The position numbers and the translations under genes are program-made. Below are positions 11,412 through 24,977 of a DNA stretch of 64,000 nucleotides, one piece after another. Location of the stretch: positions 1-64,000 of the forward strand of contig MU626368.1 in the NCBI GenBank assembly GCA_025603075.1, given 5' to 3'. The first letter of the stretch is position 1. Each line of letters starts with the position of its first letter. The notes below the pieces were generated by a model, which had not been told where the DNA came from, did no database searches, and saw nothing but the letters and a program-made list of their open reading frames with translations. Source of the DNA: Neoconidiobolus thromboides FSU 785. Taxonomy: Eukaryota > Fungi > Entomophthoromycota.

Positions 11412-13122
11412 TTAAGGTTTAATAGTTAAACCAAGATCAATCAACTCCTTTTTAAGTTTTGGAATAGGTAATTCATCACGATGAAATATACCAGCAGCTA
11501 AACCAGCTTCAGGGCTTGGATTTAGTTGAAATAGTTGTTGAAAATGAGCTGAATTCCCTGCACCTGAAGAAGCAATAATAGGTAATTTTACATTATTTTT
11601 AACTAGTTGAATTAACTCTAAATCAAAACCAGAATTCGTACCATCTCTATCAATAGAATTAACCATTAATTCACCAGCACCCATAACTTCACATGCTTTA
11701 ATTAATTGAATTACATCTAGTTCAACACCTTCTCTACCGCCTTTTACAGTACATTGGAAATAACATGAAGTTTCTTTATTGGGTCCTAATTGTTTTGTTT
11801 TAATTATAGTATAATTATTACTGTTATTATAATCTTCAGTAACATATACTCTTTTTGGATCCACCGATATAACAACTGCTTGTTTTCCATAAATTTGACT
11901 GATTTTTTCAATTGGGGAAGTATTATCTAATTGTTGATTATTTTTATAATAGTTCATAGCTGAAACAACTGCATCAGAGCCAATTGAAACTTTATCTGCA
12001 CCATTACGAAAATAAATACCAGCAACATCAACAGCATCAATTACTGTATTATTATAACTAAAATCTTTAATTCCTCCACCAACAGTTAGCGGAACAAATA
12101 ATTTTTCACTTGCTAATTGTAATATTTTTAACATTGGTAAATCATTTATTGGACAATTTTTAAAGGAAGTTATATTCAAAAAACAAATTTCATCTGCTCC
12201 TGCGTCATAATATTTTTTAGCAATTTCAACAGGCTGACCTAAATTTCTTATACTATTACTTTCGTCTTTTTCTCGTACATCATATTGATCTCCTTTAGTA
12301 ACTATTAATTCTCCAACTTCATTGGTTCTTACATCTAAACAAGCTACTATTCTTTTACTTAATAAATCAACATTTAAATCGATTTTTGGGGTTAATAGTA
12401 TTTCATCAACAAATAAATCCTTCTTATTAGTTAAAAAAGCATCTAAAAATTTCAATCCAAACTTGCCACTTTTTTCTGGATGAAATTGTACCCCAATAAC
12501 ATTTCCTTTACCTACGGCCGAAACAAAGTGCTCCCCTTTATAAACAGTACTACTTAAGATCCATTCTTTAGGACATGTATCGAATGGAATTGCATATGAA
12601 TGAACAAAATAATAATAATTCTCCAAATTAAGTGATAATGGGGCTTCTCCTTCTTTTTCTTTTTTATGTAAATAAACTTGATTCCAACCCATATGAGGTA
12701 CTGCTTTTATGGTATTATTAAAATACTGCGCTTTACTTGAAATAATATCTAATCCTTTGAAGTCCTCTCCCTCTGAAGCTTCGGTTGAACCTTCAAATAA
12801 ACATTGCATACCAACACAAATACCAAGGAATTTTTTATTTTGTTGAATATATTGTTTTAATGAATCATAATATCCTAATTCTCTTAAACTTTTCATAGCT
12901 AAACCAAAATTACCTACTCCTGGAAAAAGAATTTTCTAGAGAATGAAAAAATAAAATTAGTTTGACTTAAATGGGTGTATAAATTGAACTTACATCCGCT
13001 TTAAAGAAATCTTCTTTACTTGTAATTGTTTTTATGGTATAACCTAAGCTGCTAACGGCATTGATTAAAGAGCGTACATTCCCTGCGCCATAATCTAATA
13101 GATAGATGTTTTCTTCACTCAT
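11412..13122 (-). CDS. HIS7: Imidazole glycerol phosphate synthase, fused HisH-HisF; exons 13122-12994 and 12935-11412, 550 aa
   Basis: LLDYGAGNVRS, LFPGVGNFG, GICVGMQ, PHMGWN, QFHPEKSG, RIVACLDVR, SIDRDGTNSGFD. Confidence 0.97.
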
Positions 13123-14857
13123 TTTATTGTACTATCTTTTAATTGTGTTCTATTTGTTTATTTTAAATACTCTTATTCTATAGATATGATTATTATTATT
13201 TATATACTCATTTTCAATTGATGACAGTTGATGACTGTTTTTTATTATGGATCTCATTGGTTAATGAGTAATTGTTGATAATTGGAGGATTAATTTAATT
13301 AGCTATCTTATTTAGAAAATTCACTTAAATCGGATCTTGGTAAACTTTAGATTAAACGGATAATTGAATTTTTCCCAAAAGTTAAGTTGAAGAAAGTTAA
13401 AATGAGTTTAGAATTCAATACTTTCAACCATGATGGATTATTGCTTAAAGATTTGAACAAAGAGTCAAAAGTTTACAATATAATAATGACAAAAAATAAA
13501 GGAAAATTGAATAAAGGAAAACACTGTAATTTTGAGCATAAAAAATCCATTCTATATCAATATTTCATTTTGTTTAGTTTTGCTTTTAAATATTAGTTAA
13601 AACTTTATAATAACTTGTTCAATATATTTTTTGAGATAGTCAATGATAGCTTGAAAATACTGCTTATCTCAAAGCTGTGTCAAATTCCACTGGCACCAAC
13701 TTCATGGGCAAAAAAGCTTAGGAAAATCAGAATGGTCCACCTATTCTTTAACTATTTTAATGGACCTTAGTATTAATATTATTGTTTTAATATTAACTCT
13801 ATATACAACTAAAGAAACAATTTGTATTTTTAAATAAAATATTAAGCATCTTTTTTAACAATATAAAAATAAAAGGACTAAATTCTAAAGTGGTTTGTTT
13901 ACGAGAGAGAAAGCTAAAGTATAATATGAGGCTGATGGGATAAGAAAGGGGAGGATAGGGGATGATCACTGGATTTAAACAAAGGTTAAATATTCAAAGT
14001 TTACAATCAATATATTCTTTTCGTTACTTATTATCACTTTATATTTCGCTTTGTTAATAGTAAGAAACTACTATAACTTATGATACAAAGGCTTCCAAAC
14101 CCTTATAATGATCATATAATCAAAACTTACATTAAACAAATAGATAAAATATTGATTCCAAAATAAAATATTTACTAAATTTGTCAACTTTTATACTTGA
14201 AATTGATTTTTTTATTAATATTACTACTTTATTGAATAATTTATAATAATTTAAATGGAACTTGATAAATTTAGTAATTGGATTCATTTTTCATTTATTA
14301 GTTCTTTTTTTATAACATTCTACTTCATATTGTTACTAAAGTATTAAAGTCCGTATACAATACCATCCTATTATAACGTAGAAGCATTTTAACATGAATC
14401 ATTCTATCACAATATGCAAGTACTTGAATACAATGATCGTTCTATATACCGTATAAAATTCAATTAAAATTCTGTAGACAAATCATTAAAAAGTATTAGA
14501 CTAGTATTATAACTGAATATTATAATTAAGTTCAACTTTGATAAGTTGACTACATAATATATACCTATAGATCTTAATATATAACACATACTAATGTTAT
14601 CAAAAGTATTGCTTTCTCTATATAATGCAGCAACGCTTAATAAAATTGTGAGCATTCGATTTCATTGACATTTTGAAAATCAAGTGTAAAACTATAAAAA
14701 AAGGCACAATGAAGGTGCAACAACAATTTAATAGATTATGGATAAAAAAGAACAATAGAAGTTAAGGTGGGGTTTTATAATTTAATTACCAATTATTAAA
14801 AAAAAGGAAGCGTCAAATTGAGAAAAAATTAATCCATTGTAATAAAAAAACTAAAGT

Positions 14858-15139
14858 TTACATAACTGTACAACAAGAAGTGGCTTTGTTTGGATTAAAT
14901 GGATCTACAGGCGCACTACCCCAAATTTGTGGAATGAGATAATCTGGAGTTGTAGTAGCATACTTAATTAAGCTTTATAGACGGAATTAATAAATTTGAA
15001 TTTAAATTATTCATTTTATATAAAAAACTTACGATTGACTAGCTTCAGACACTGGGATACGTGGTAAATCCAATTGCTGTCTTAAGTTGCGATTATTTTC
15101 AATTAGTTTTTTAAGTTTTTGTTCGCTCAAATGATTCAT
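14858..15139 (-). CDS. STE18: Heterotrimeric G-protein gamma subunit, 73 aa; exons 15139-15033 and 14972-14858 (not in the ORF track)
   Basis: Spliced product MNHLSEQKLKKLIENNRNLRQQLDLPRIPVSEASQSLIKYATTTPDYLIPQIWGSAPVDPFNPNKATSCCTVM: GGL-type RIPVSEAS..LI.Y....PDYL and a C-terminal CCaaX like yeast Ste18 CCTLM. Confidence 0.9.
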
Positions 15140-16241
15140 GGTATTTTAACAAAAGAGATTAAAGAATTGTTAGCTAGTTGTTTTATGCTAAAGCCTAACA
15201 TTGAGCTAGCCATAGATTTTGGTTTTAAAGGGTGAAATGGCTCGGAAGAATAATTCCATATTGATTGGTAGATTCCAGTTCTCATTGCCATTCCGAGTCA
15301 ACTTTAAAAGGTTTGATTGGTTGCTTAAGAATGCTTCATTCGTTTTGCCTTTTTTATCAAATTGGGTTTTATTTGTAGGCTTTCATTTTTTATGGTAGAT
15401 CGATGTGATAAGTTATGATTTAATTTTTTGGGAGTATTTCACCTGAGTTAACTAAATGTAGAACAACACTCCTTAAATAAGCTAAATCAATATAAGCAAT
15501 ATATAAAAAATAGGTTAATAATAAATAATTATAAAAATAAATAGCTAATAGAGTTTGATATAAAGTAAATGTTATTTAATAATAGTTACGTTATTATTTA
15601 ATTAAGGACTTCACATTTATTTATATGTTAAATGATTTAATTTGATAATTAAAATTTAACTATATATATAAATAACAATAATGAATTGGGAAACCTGTAT
15701 AGTTGAAAATATAAAAAATATGACTATAATATTTTTATATTAAAATTATATCAAGCTGATAATAAATCAATTGGTTTTTTTATTAAACTTTAATCAAATC
15801 ATTAATTTACTATCCGTTACTGCTTTTAATTTATTACTTTAATTTATTACTTTAATTAATTAAAATGTCATTATACAATTTCGGGTTTTACATTATGAAG
15901 TAAGCTAATATGGACATATAATTAATTAAAAGTTATATATGTAAAAAATACTAGTGAACTAAAATAATATCATAGAATGATTTAACATATTTCCTTAATA
16001 AACTATAGTCATTTAAATATAATAGTAAAAAAATAACAATACAGAGCATGGTAAGCACTATATCATTTGAACCATGTACTTTTAATCTATAAGAACATAA
16101 AAGCCACATTTTTGAAATCTATACTATTAGTATATCACTATCATCATACTAGTTACACTTTTATGTTATAAAAATAAAAATAAACGTATAATTAGACATA
16201 GTTGAGTATGACAATAATTAAACAATTATAATATTTTAAAT

Positions 16242-16942
16242 TTATTTACCATTAACAAATAAATCCAAAAACTAAATAAAATTTGATTAATTACATAATA
16301 ATTAATAACAAATTTTAAACTTACATTTTCATATCCAATTTGAATAACACCATCATTATCATTATCAAATCTACGGAAGGAATCAGTTAACATTCTTAAG
16401 GTAACGCAAAGTCTTATAAAAGTATCGAAAGTAGCTACATTAGGATCCATATTTTTTCTTTGGGCTTTACTTGCTATTTGAATTACATGATAATAATAAC
16501 ATAAAGAGCAAAAAATTACCATGTTTGTTAAATTTTTTAAGACAAATTCTAATGATCCTATCTGATAAGTTAAAACCAAAAGTACGAAGAGCAGTGGTGA
16601 GTTCTTGAATATCGATAGTATTTGAATTATCCTTGTCGAAACTACGGAAACATTGCTGCCATTCACCAATATACTGCCATAAAGATATAAATTCGTTGAA
16701 ACCTATAGTACCACTTTGGTCCTGATCAAACATATCAATCATCAACTTGATAGTTTCAATGTCAAATGGGGTCCAATCACCTTTATTTTTTAGATTAACA
16801 ACTCTTCTTTTATTTTATTTATTATAATACCATTCACTAATGCTCTTTGTAATTCTTCAGCACATATTTGTCCCGATCGATCAGTATCTACAGATTGAAA
16901 CCATTGTTGTAGTTGTGGGTTGTTGCTATTGTTATATGACAT
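16242..16942 (-). CDS. PEF1: Penta-EF-hand calcium-binding protein (ALG-2/peflin family), 4 exons, 183 aa
   Basis: WFQSVDTDRSGQI, MFDQDQSGTIGFNEF, FRSFDKDNSNTID, FRRFDNDNDG; introns keep the frame. Confidence 0.9.
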
Positions 16943-17138
16943 TTCTTATTAAAATTAAAATAAACTTTTAGTTTAAACGTTTCGAAGCTTAAAAATCATC
17001 ATCAAATATCCATAATTTGGGCAAAGATTTTGTCTTTTTATTATTTTTAATTGACCAATAAAACCACATTTTAGTTTAAATATTTCGATTTTCAAGATTT
17101 CAATTGATAGATTAGATTTTAAATCAATATAAAATAAA

Positions 17139-17651
17139 ATGGCATCACTTGGACAATGGGTACGTAAATTCAAATCCAGTTGGGATTTAAAACGTACATT
17201 TAATCAACTTTGGGTAATCAAAGATGTCAAGGGTGGTGTTTATGTTGGTAAAGATGCCCTTGGTAATAGATATTATGAGGATAACGACGAAACTTGGGGT
17301 AACTTTATATTAAGCTTTAAATTTCATAAAAATTAATTTCAATAGCTCGTCATCGCCATGTTGAGTACGCAGCTTATGACTATGATCCTAGTCAAGTACC
17401 TGCTAAATGGTAAAATAACTATTCTTTTATCACTATTTTTTAATATCATTTTTCAAAATTTAAGGCGCAATTGGTTACATTTTACCAATTCAACAGTACC
17501 TAAACCAGACCAAGAATTAACACCAATGTACAAATGGGTCACTACTAAACATGTAGAAAATGTCACAGGTACTCCAAAGGCATATAAGCCTTACTCAACA
17601 ACTAAGTCTAAGTTTGAAAGTTGGGAACCCAAGGTTCAAGAAAGAGTTTAA
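17139..17651 (+). CDS. NDUFA12: NADH:ubiquinone oxidoreductase subunit NDUFA12 (N7BM) family, 3 exons
   Basis: VGKDALGNRYYE, RHRHVEY, DPSQVPAKWRNWLH, YKPYSTT...SWEP after splicing out 17299-17345 and 17410-17464. Confidence 0.9.
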
Positions 17652-18380
17652 GCTAAACTTAATTAAAAAAAATTGTTAAATTATTTGTTTAAATCTTTTT
17701 TCTTGTCACTAAATGAGATGCAGGTTTTGAATTATCGCCTATTTTGTTTTATTTTGAAATTGTTAATTTTTATATACTCTCATGTAATGCAAATTATTTA
17801 TGGGATTTAAGTTAAAGAGTAATTTTAGTAGGAAGAAACTAGTAAATTTTCATGTGCTCTTCTTAAAATATATATATATTAGCTTTCACGCAACCTAAAA
17901 AGATATTATTTATTATCAAGTATAGCTTAAGCGATTATTTTATCATAATACTCAATTGAGGTTCAACTTCCTCAACAAAAATAGCTTGCCAATTCTATTT
18001 ATACATTCTTAAAAAATATCCCCATTATACAACACCTTAAGCTTATTGATTTACAATATTAAGTCATTAGTTAAATACAAATATAGCAAGAATATAAATG
18101 TTTTTTTTATACTTTCCAAACAATTCCTTAATACAGCTGTTACAATTCTTTTATGACCTGACTAACTGTTTATTTACGATAAAAATTCATGTTAAAATTT
18201 CATCAAATATAAGGATCAAGGTCTAAAAAATGACTGTATAAATAAGTTAATTACAAAAGCTATCGTTAAAAAAGTCACAGTAGAGTTGAACCATCAGTAT
18301 AGAACAAAGATCATAAACCTCGTTTCAGTGGCATAAAAACCAAGAAATCAAAAAACCGAAAATCAACTTTTTAATAAAAA

Positions 18381-19360
18381 ATGAGCAACAACCCTTATCT
18401 CTCGAATCCATTTGCAGATAATGCCGAAGATCCATTCAAAGATCCAAACCAAGACCACTCAAATTCAGGTCAGAACTTTTCACTAAGATCTAGTGAAGAT
18501 TTAAACCCATATGAAAGCATACAGTTAAGTCAACATGAGGGACGCGATTTAACCGATAGCACAGTAAGTCAAAGGGAGAGAGAGTTAGCAAATCGAGAAG
18601 CTGAGTTAGCAGCCCGAGAAAGGGAACTTGAGAATCAAAGGGAACATCTTAGAACAAGTGGGATCAAGCCTCCAAATTTCCCTTTTTTTTATCCAATTTA
18701 TTATTTCAATATCAATGAAGAAATAGAAACTTCAAAGAGGCCGATAGTCACACGATTATATCAATCATGGTTAGCATTTTTGGCAGTATTGACTTTTAAT
18801 TTTATAACTTCAATTGTATTTTGGGCTTCTAATCCACCAAATTTGACTTCGGTTTCAAGTAACTTTTTTTCCGCATTATCCTATTTTTTAATATTCCCAT
18901 TTCCTTCATTTTATTTATGGTATAGACCTATTTATAATGCTTTTATGAAAGAAAAAGCTTTGTATTTTTGTAAGTTTTTTAGGGTTATATTATATATTCG
19001 ATTAATTTAATTAAATCTTTATAAATAGTTATCTATCTCATCTTCAATGCCTTCCATATACTATTCGTTATTTACATGGCTATAGGAATACCAGGAACTG
19101 GTTCTTGTGGAGCATTAAATTCAATCTATATTTTATCGGGTGGTAAAATATTTGCAGCAGTTTTTGGATTTATTTCAATGAGCTTATTTGCTATATTGGC
19201 TGTATTCAATACTTTACTCTTTTTTAGAGTTCATAGTCATTGTAAAGAAGTAGGTCATACATTTTCTGATGCTAAAGGAGAAGCTTTTACTTCAGCTGCT
19301 TCAAGTGATGTAGCTAGAAATGCCGCTGGAGAGTATGCTAGACAAAGGTTTTCAGCATAG
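18381..19360 (+). CDS. Secretory carrier membrane protein (SCAMP), 2 exons (intron 18970-19028)
   Basis: N-terminal NPF/NPY motifs, coiled coil, PPNFP, LWYRPIYNAF and AIGIPGTGSCG; four hydrophobic segments. Confidence 0.9.
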
Positions 19361-20835
19361 AATGGGAATTAAAAGTAAAAGATTTTAATTAAAGCAGGTT
19401 TTACTTAGTATATTAGATTTCTTTTATGTTACACATGATGTTTACAGTTATTTATTTTATGCCGTAGCGTATTTACTATCTATTAAATGTAAGTTAAGAT
19501 TTATATCACATTGTACAGTACCCTAGAAGACAATCACAAAGGTTTGAGGATTTAGCTTTGAGTATTAATTCCTCGGCAAACTGGTAATTAAATTATTAAT
19601 ATTTTCTACATTTGGATCCATCCTATATGAAATAGTACATGTATAAAATAAAATATTTTTTGTTTTTATACCCAACAAGATGCTAAGATTCAATCATACT
19701 TCGAAAGCAAGATAGCCTTTGGGCAATATTAAAAACCCTTAAAAATGAACAACTTCTGGCAATTACAGTCGCTATGAGGGAAGGACGAAAATTTAAGGGC
19801 CTTGCTAAGTAAACGCGTGTAAAATAAGATAAATAAGTTTTGCTTTTATGAATCTGTTATACAGTTTATTATTCATACTTGTGTAAAGTTTTAAATTAAT
19901 TGAATCACTGTCTTTTGAGATATAAATGAAATAAAGTTTAAATTTTAGAATGGTTTTACAAACAAAATAGTTAACTATTATGAAATGTCAAAGTTTATAG
20001 CATATATACTTTTTTATTCCAATTTATTGTATAGTATACAAACAGTATACATTTCAAATCTAGTATCAATTATATTATTCATTATTAAGGTATGATTAAA
20101 GCTCAACATACAGTATGTTGAGGCAAAAGTTGAAACTTGTTTGAAGTTTTTATCAATAATAACTATATTTTAAGAATGGGTTATTTAATTAATATAAAGC
20201 TTTGTAAACAATTTAAAGCATATCTATATATTATATTTGTATAATAATTTTAACTACATAACCCTTGGATATACACTGATTACAATAATTGCTTTAAGGG
20301 TTTGATAGGTTAATTGCTTTTATAAAAGCAGTCAATAAGTTCTAAAAAAAACTATCTTAAATGGTATATAGACAACGTTATAATTCTTAAAGATTATAAC
20401 AGTGAACACTTCATTCTTTAGAAAAAAATTCAACACATTATGCTTATTTCAGAAAAACATTTGAACAAATTGGTATAAAAAAATTTAAACAATAATTCTT
20501 AACAAAAGTGAGTAAAATAAAATATTTACTGGGAATCTTTAATTCCTCCTGCTTTTGCTGAAAATTAGTATCAGAAAAACTTCAGTTCAATTTTTTTTGG
20601 AAAAAATGTGCTAAAAGTCTATTTAAAAAATAGTTCAAAAGCTTTGCTTGGCTTTAAAAAGGAAAGAAACAAAATTACTAAAACTGTGCCCCCCCTGTAC
20701 CAAAAGTTTGCTTGCTATTATTAAAGCCTTTGCTAAGAGGTTTGAACAGTTTAGAGTTCTTTTTAAGTGTTTATCAATAGCTTTGAAAAACTAGGTATTT
20801 TAGAAAATACATATTTTACCTTGAAAAAATTACAC

Positions 20836-20928
20836 AGGAACGTCTTTTTTGATTTCATCGCTTTTTCCATTTTTTTAAGCACTATTGGGTAGAAAAAATG
20901 TTACAAACTCTCAAAAAAAGATATCCTC
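20836..20928 (+). mobile_element. MITE-like repeat copy B
   Basis: gatttcatcgctttttccatttttttaagcactatt core nearly identical to copy A; termini degraded. Confidence 0.6.
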
Positions 20929-22647
20929 CTATGCAAAAGCTTTGGCCATTTTTGCTAATTAATATTTGAACTTCTTATCCATCAAAAAGTCTTTTTAGCT
21001 AATATCACAGGATTTATTTAAATCTTTGAAATACTAAACTAAACAAACATAAACTTAGGTCCATATAAAAAGTTATGACATTAAACTGAATAAATAAATT
21101 AAAACTTCTCAGGATTATTAATAGTATATTAAAAGTATAAATTATTAAAATCTAGATTAATGTAATTCATATATTTATGTAATATCTTCCTATTCCTATT
21201 CTTATCCTTTAATACACAACAACATGAGCGATTTAATTAATTAATAAATTTATTAACCTTTTATATCTCATTTCAAAAACTTATTTATAGATAATGTAAA
21301 TGTTTGCTGTCAATCCATTGTACTAATCACTGATGGTTTTGCATGCCTTTATTTACAGTAAAAAATTACTACTTTTAAACTTATTCATGTTATATACGGT
21401 TTTTTTATAAGAACGAGCGGTTTACTTAGTTGCTGATTTTTACACCTTAAATTGTAACAAAGATAAGAGCTAAAGATGATCAAATACATTAAACTTTTAC
21501 TAGTATCCTTTAAATTACCTTTAAAAAACATAAAAATAAGTGGTGAGCATATCTTATCTATCCATTGAATAACAATCTATTATATAAATTACTATTTCAA
21601 AACAAATAGGCTTAGATTTTTGGGAAATTATTCTGAAGTATGAGTTTTACAAAAAAACCAGCGTACAATTTATGTCCTTAGTTTTTCAAACTAATACTTT
21701 CTTTATATAAGATTAAATTTTAAACGACTATTAATTTATTTTTGAAAAATATAGCTATTTTGATATCTACAATTTATTATAGTTATTTTAGAATATATTA
21801 TTTGATATTTAAAGCTTTTAGTTTACAATTAAATTTAATAAGTTTAAAATCCAAATTTTAATTTTAAACTAATTTTATCACACTTTTTATACACAAATAA
21901 AAGTGCACTTTAAATTCCAAGGAAAACACATCACTCATTACTTTTGTAATTAGCTTTTTTTGTAATAAGCCATGCATATAAAATATAAATATTGCTAGCT
22001 AATGTTTCAGTTTTAAAATAGGCTGACCCCTTTTTTCATGGTTATAAACCCTCAACACAAACATCCTCTTTAACTAATCTATTTATAAAAGCAGCATCGT
22101 TTCATCAATAAATTTTTTGATATATTAAACATCCTCTAATTAGTTCTTGTTATAAATCGCTAAATATTTGAATGCAAGATGATGCAAAGTGTTATTCTTT
22201 AATATCTATTTATTCTAAAGTATTCCTTAAATAAGCTTATAATTGGTTATTAATGCAAAAGTTTTCTCAATTAGGGATTTAAGTTTATTCTTTTTTATGA
22301 AGGATGCTGTTTGGTGATGTAATGAGTTGAAAAAGTTGCCTTTTACACTTTGTATTTCAACTTTTTCACAAGTAAAAATGCTAAATATTTTGTTAAAACG
22401 AGCCAATTTTTCCGAAGGGGACCACATGGTCATATACCATATTAATGTAACCAATGAGTGGCCAAATCAAACAAATTAAAAACAAATTAAAAATTAGAGT
22501 GCAATCAAAGTCGTATATACCATAATAGGATCAAGATTCTTAGAAATTATGAAATTTTTTATACTTTGATACAGGAAATTAAGAATCTCTTTCTCTCAGC
22601 TTATAATTTTTGTTTAACGTTGATTTAATTTCCGTTTAAAAGTTGAA

Positions 22648-23202
22648 ATGAGTGAGTAAGTTTTCTTTTTATAATTTTTAAATTTCAGTTACTTGATTGG
22701 TAAACTTAATCAATACCTCTTTTTATCCAATCATTTACCTCTTCTTTAATCAATTCTTATATCAACTCTTCTTTAATTTACCAATAATATAACACTTAAT
22801 TTTAATAAGCCAATCAATAGATATCAATCCTTCATTTAACTGTTAATAGCTAACTACTTACCCCATATAACTTAACTCTAACATCCAACTATTATATATA
22901 TCACCTAAATTCCAATTTATATACGCTTTAACTTCTTAATAGATTTAAGATTCTTATTTATATTCTTAATATTTAATATTGTACTTTATTAATAATAACT
23001 AATGCGTAGCCAACCTAGCCAAGAGTCATTGAACAGCTTAGATATGGTGAACAAAGGGATAGAGGGATTGAGCATTGGGTCAAGTGTAGGGTTACCTATC
23101 GAACCACCATCACCCGACATGGTGATACCCGAATTTGCTTACCGTCGTCGTAATGGGTTACATCCAGAAGAAGCAGAAAAGATTGAAATTAGTAACAAAT
23201 AG
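22648..23202 (+). CDS. Small hypothetical protein (66 aa) with an 8-nt first coding exon and a 354-nt intron
   Basis: ATGAGTGA|gtaagt at 22648-22661. Branch-like actaat plus tag acceptor ending at 23009 joins in frame to give MSDQPSQES...EPPSPDMVIPEFAYRRRNG...; the second exon is visibly GC-richer than its flanks. Confidence 0.6.
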
Positions 23203-24879
23203 TACTATGGCTCTATCTATTTTCTATGTTGATTTTTGTTTCTTTATCTATGTGACTATTTAATACCTAAGACTTTTTTCAAAGCCATGCTTTGCCCCTC
23301 TATATTACAATAACCCTATCTTAAACTTCTAACTCCTCGCTTTTTATACTTTACTTAATAAACTTCTTGAGCCTAATGGTCATCGCTTTTTTTTATTTTT
23401 CACTTATGCAGAGTGGCGTTACATAGATAACGACATTCGATTCTTGAAACTGTTTTGAGAAATATATATTCTGTATTCTTCTTTTGTTAAAAAGTTCTAC
23501 ACTTAATGAATTCTAAGCCCTTTTAGTGTTTGACTTTGGAATTAATATAATAGGTCCCTGTATAACTGTAATAGTATTAGATCATAAGCAACAGATTTTG
23601 ATTTATTACTAAAGTTATAGGATATATGAACAAGAGTTATCTTTTGTTTATCAATAAATTGATATCAAGTTACAATTTCTTTTATTAAATATTTCAAAAA
23701 TATGTTGTAGTTAGGCTATTAATATTTCATATAATAAAGTATATACTCAATACCCCAATATTTTTGTTAGAAAAATGAATTGAACAAATAAAAGAATTAA
23801 AATTTTTCAAAAGTTACACAAAAGTAATGAAATCAGCAACATTAAAAAGAAGTACATACAGAGTAGGTTTAAATATACAAAAATAATATAATCAAGAACC
23901 TAGTATTATTTTCAAAAATATTGGTATATGAGCATATTAAAAACCAAACTCAATATTAAATTAAGTTCTCCTTTAGATAATAGTAATTAAGTTTATACAG
24001 GATTTCAAAGTGCTAAAAATAAAACTAGCATTTTTAAATCAAATATTATAAAATGAGTATAAACAGTGGAGTAAGAGGTAATAAATAATGGAGGTTAAAG
24101 ATCGATATTATAACTAAATAAATTAATATAAAGCTATGATATATAAAACCATAGAAACCATACATATGATCAGAGAATAAAGCATCAAATAATCGATACA
24201 CAACTTAAATTGTTATAAAAATAACTATTGAACCCCAGATCAAAATTTAATGGTTTAATTAATTCGATCATGAATAATGATAACCTTAATAGTTTCTATG
24301 TTTGATAATAATAAAACTACAAACAAATAGATCTTTACTTTCACAGATAGCAACTCACTTATATTAAGCTTATAAGCTTTCTATTTAACTTAACAGATAT
24401 TATATTACTTACCATAGATTAATGATTATAAATTTTAATAAAGATTTAATAAAAAGAATAGAATTTAAAAATTATAAAAATTTATTTAAAATGTAGTTTT
24501 TTAAACAGCATTGAAATATTTTAATACAAAACAAACACATAGTTATCATTAATAACGATTAAAGTGAATAAGAATTGTGTAACAAGAAGTACAAAAATCA
24601 TATGATATCTTATATTTTTCAGTTGCTATTACTTTATAATTTTTTTTATAAACTAGAGTAATGACTTAATGACCCTTTGATATTATAGGGTACAGTAGTA
24701 ATAATTTTTTAAATTTTTTGGTATATTTTATTAAAATTAGTTTGATAATCGACATTTGTTTTATAATAAGTAGCGTTTTTTTTGTTTATTATAATAAACT
24801 TAAAAAAATAAAGTTATTAGCATGTAATTAAATTGATGTTTACCTTTATTAGTTTTAAAACCTTTAACAATTTACATAT

Positions 24880-24977
24880 GGGGATGTTTTTTGGCTTCAT
24901 TATCTTTTCTATCTTTTAAGCGCTATTTGAGTGGAAAAACTACTAGTAAAAGTCTTAAACAAAAAAAACACATCCCC
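24880..24977 (+). mobile_element. MITE-like repeat copy C (best-preserved TIRs)
   Basis: 98 bp, GGGGATGTTTTTT...AAAAAACACATCCCC terminal inverted repeats; flanks ATAT/ACAT. Confidence 0.7.

Noticed and set aside
13240-13272. Gcn4-like sites upstream of HIS7 (ATGACTG, ATGAGTAA)
   Set aside because: Only imperfect matches to TGACTCA; not distinguishable from chance.
13935-13975. G-rich patch (gggataagaaaggggaggataggggatg) as a G-quadruplex or a seventh MITE end
   Set aside because: Only three runs of three or more G, and the adjacent sequence does not align with the MITE core.
19813-19818. Isolated MCB hexamer ACGCGT
   Set aside because: Not upstream of any supported gene; a single hexamer is uninformative.
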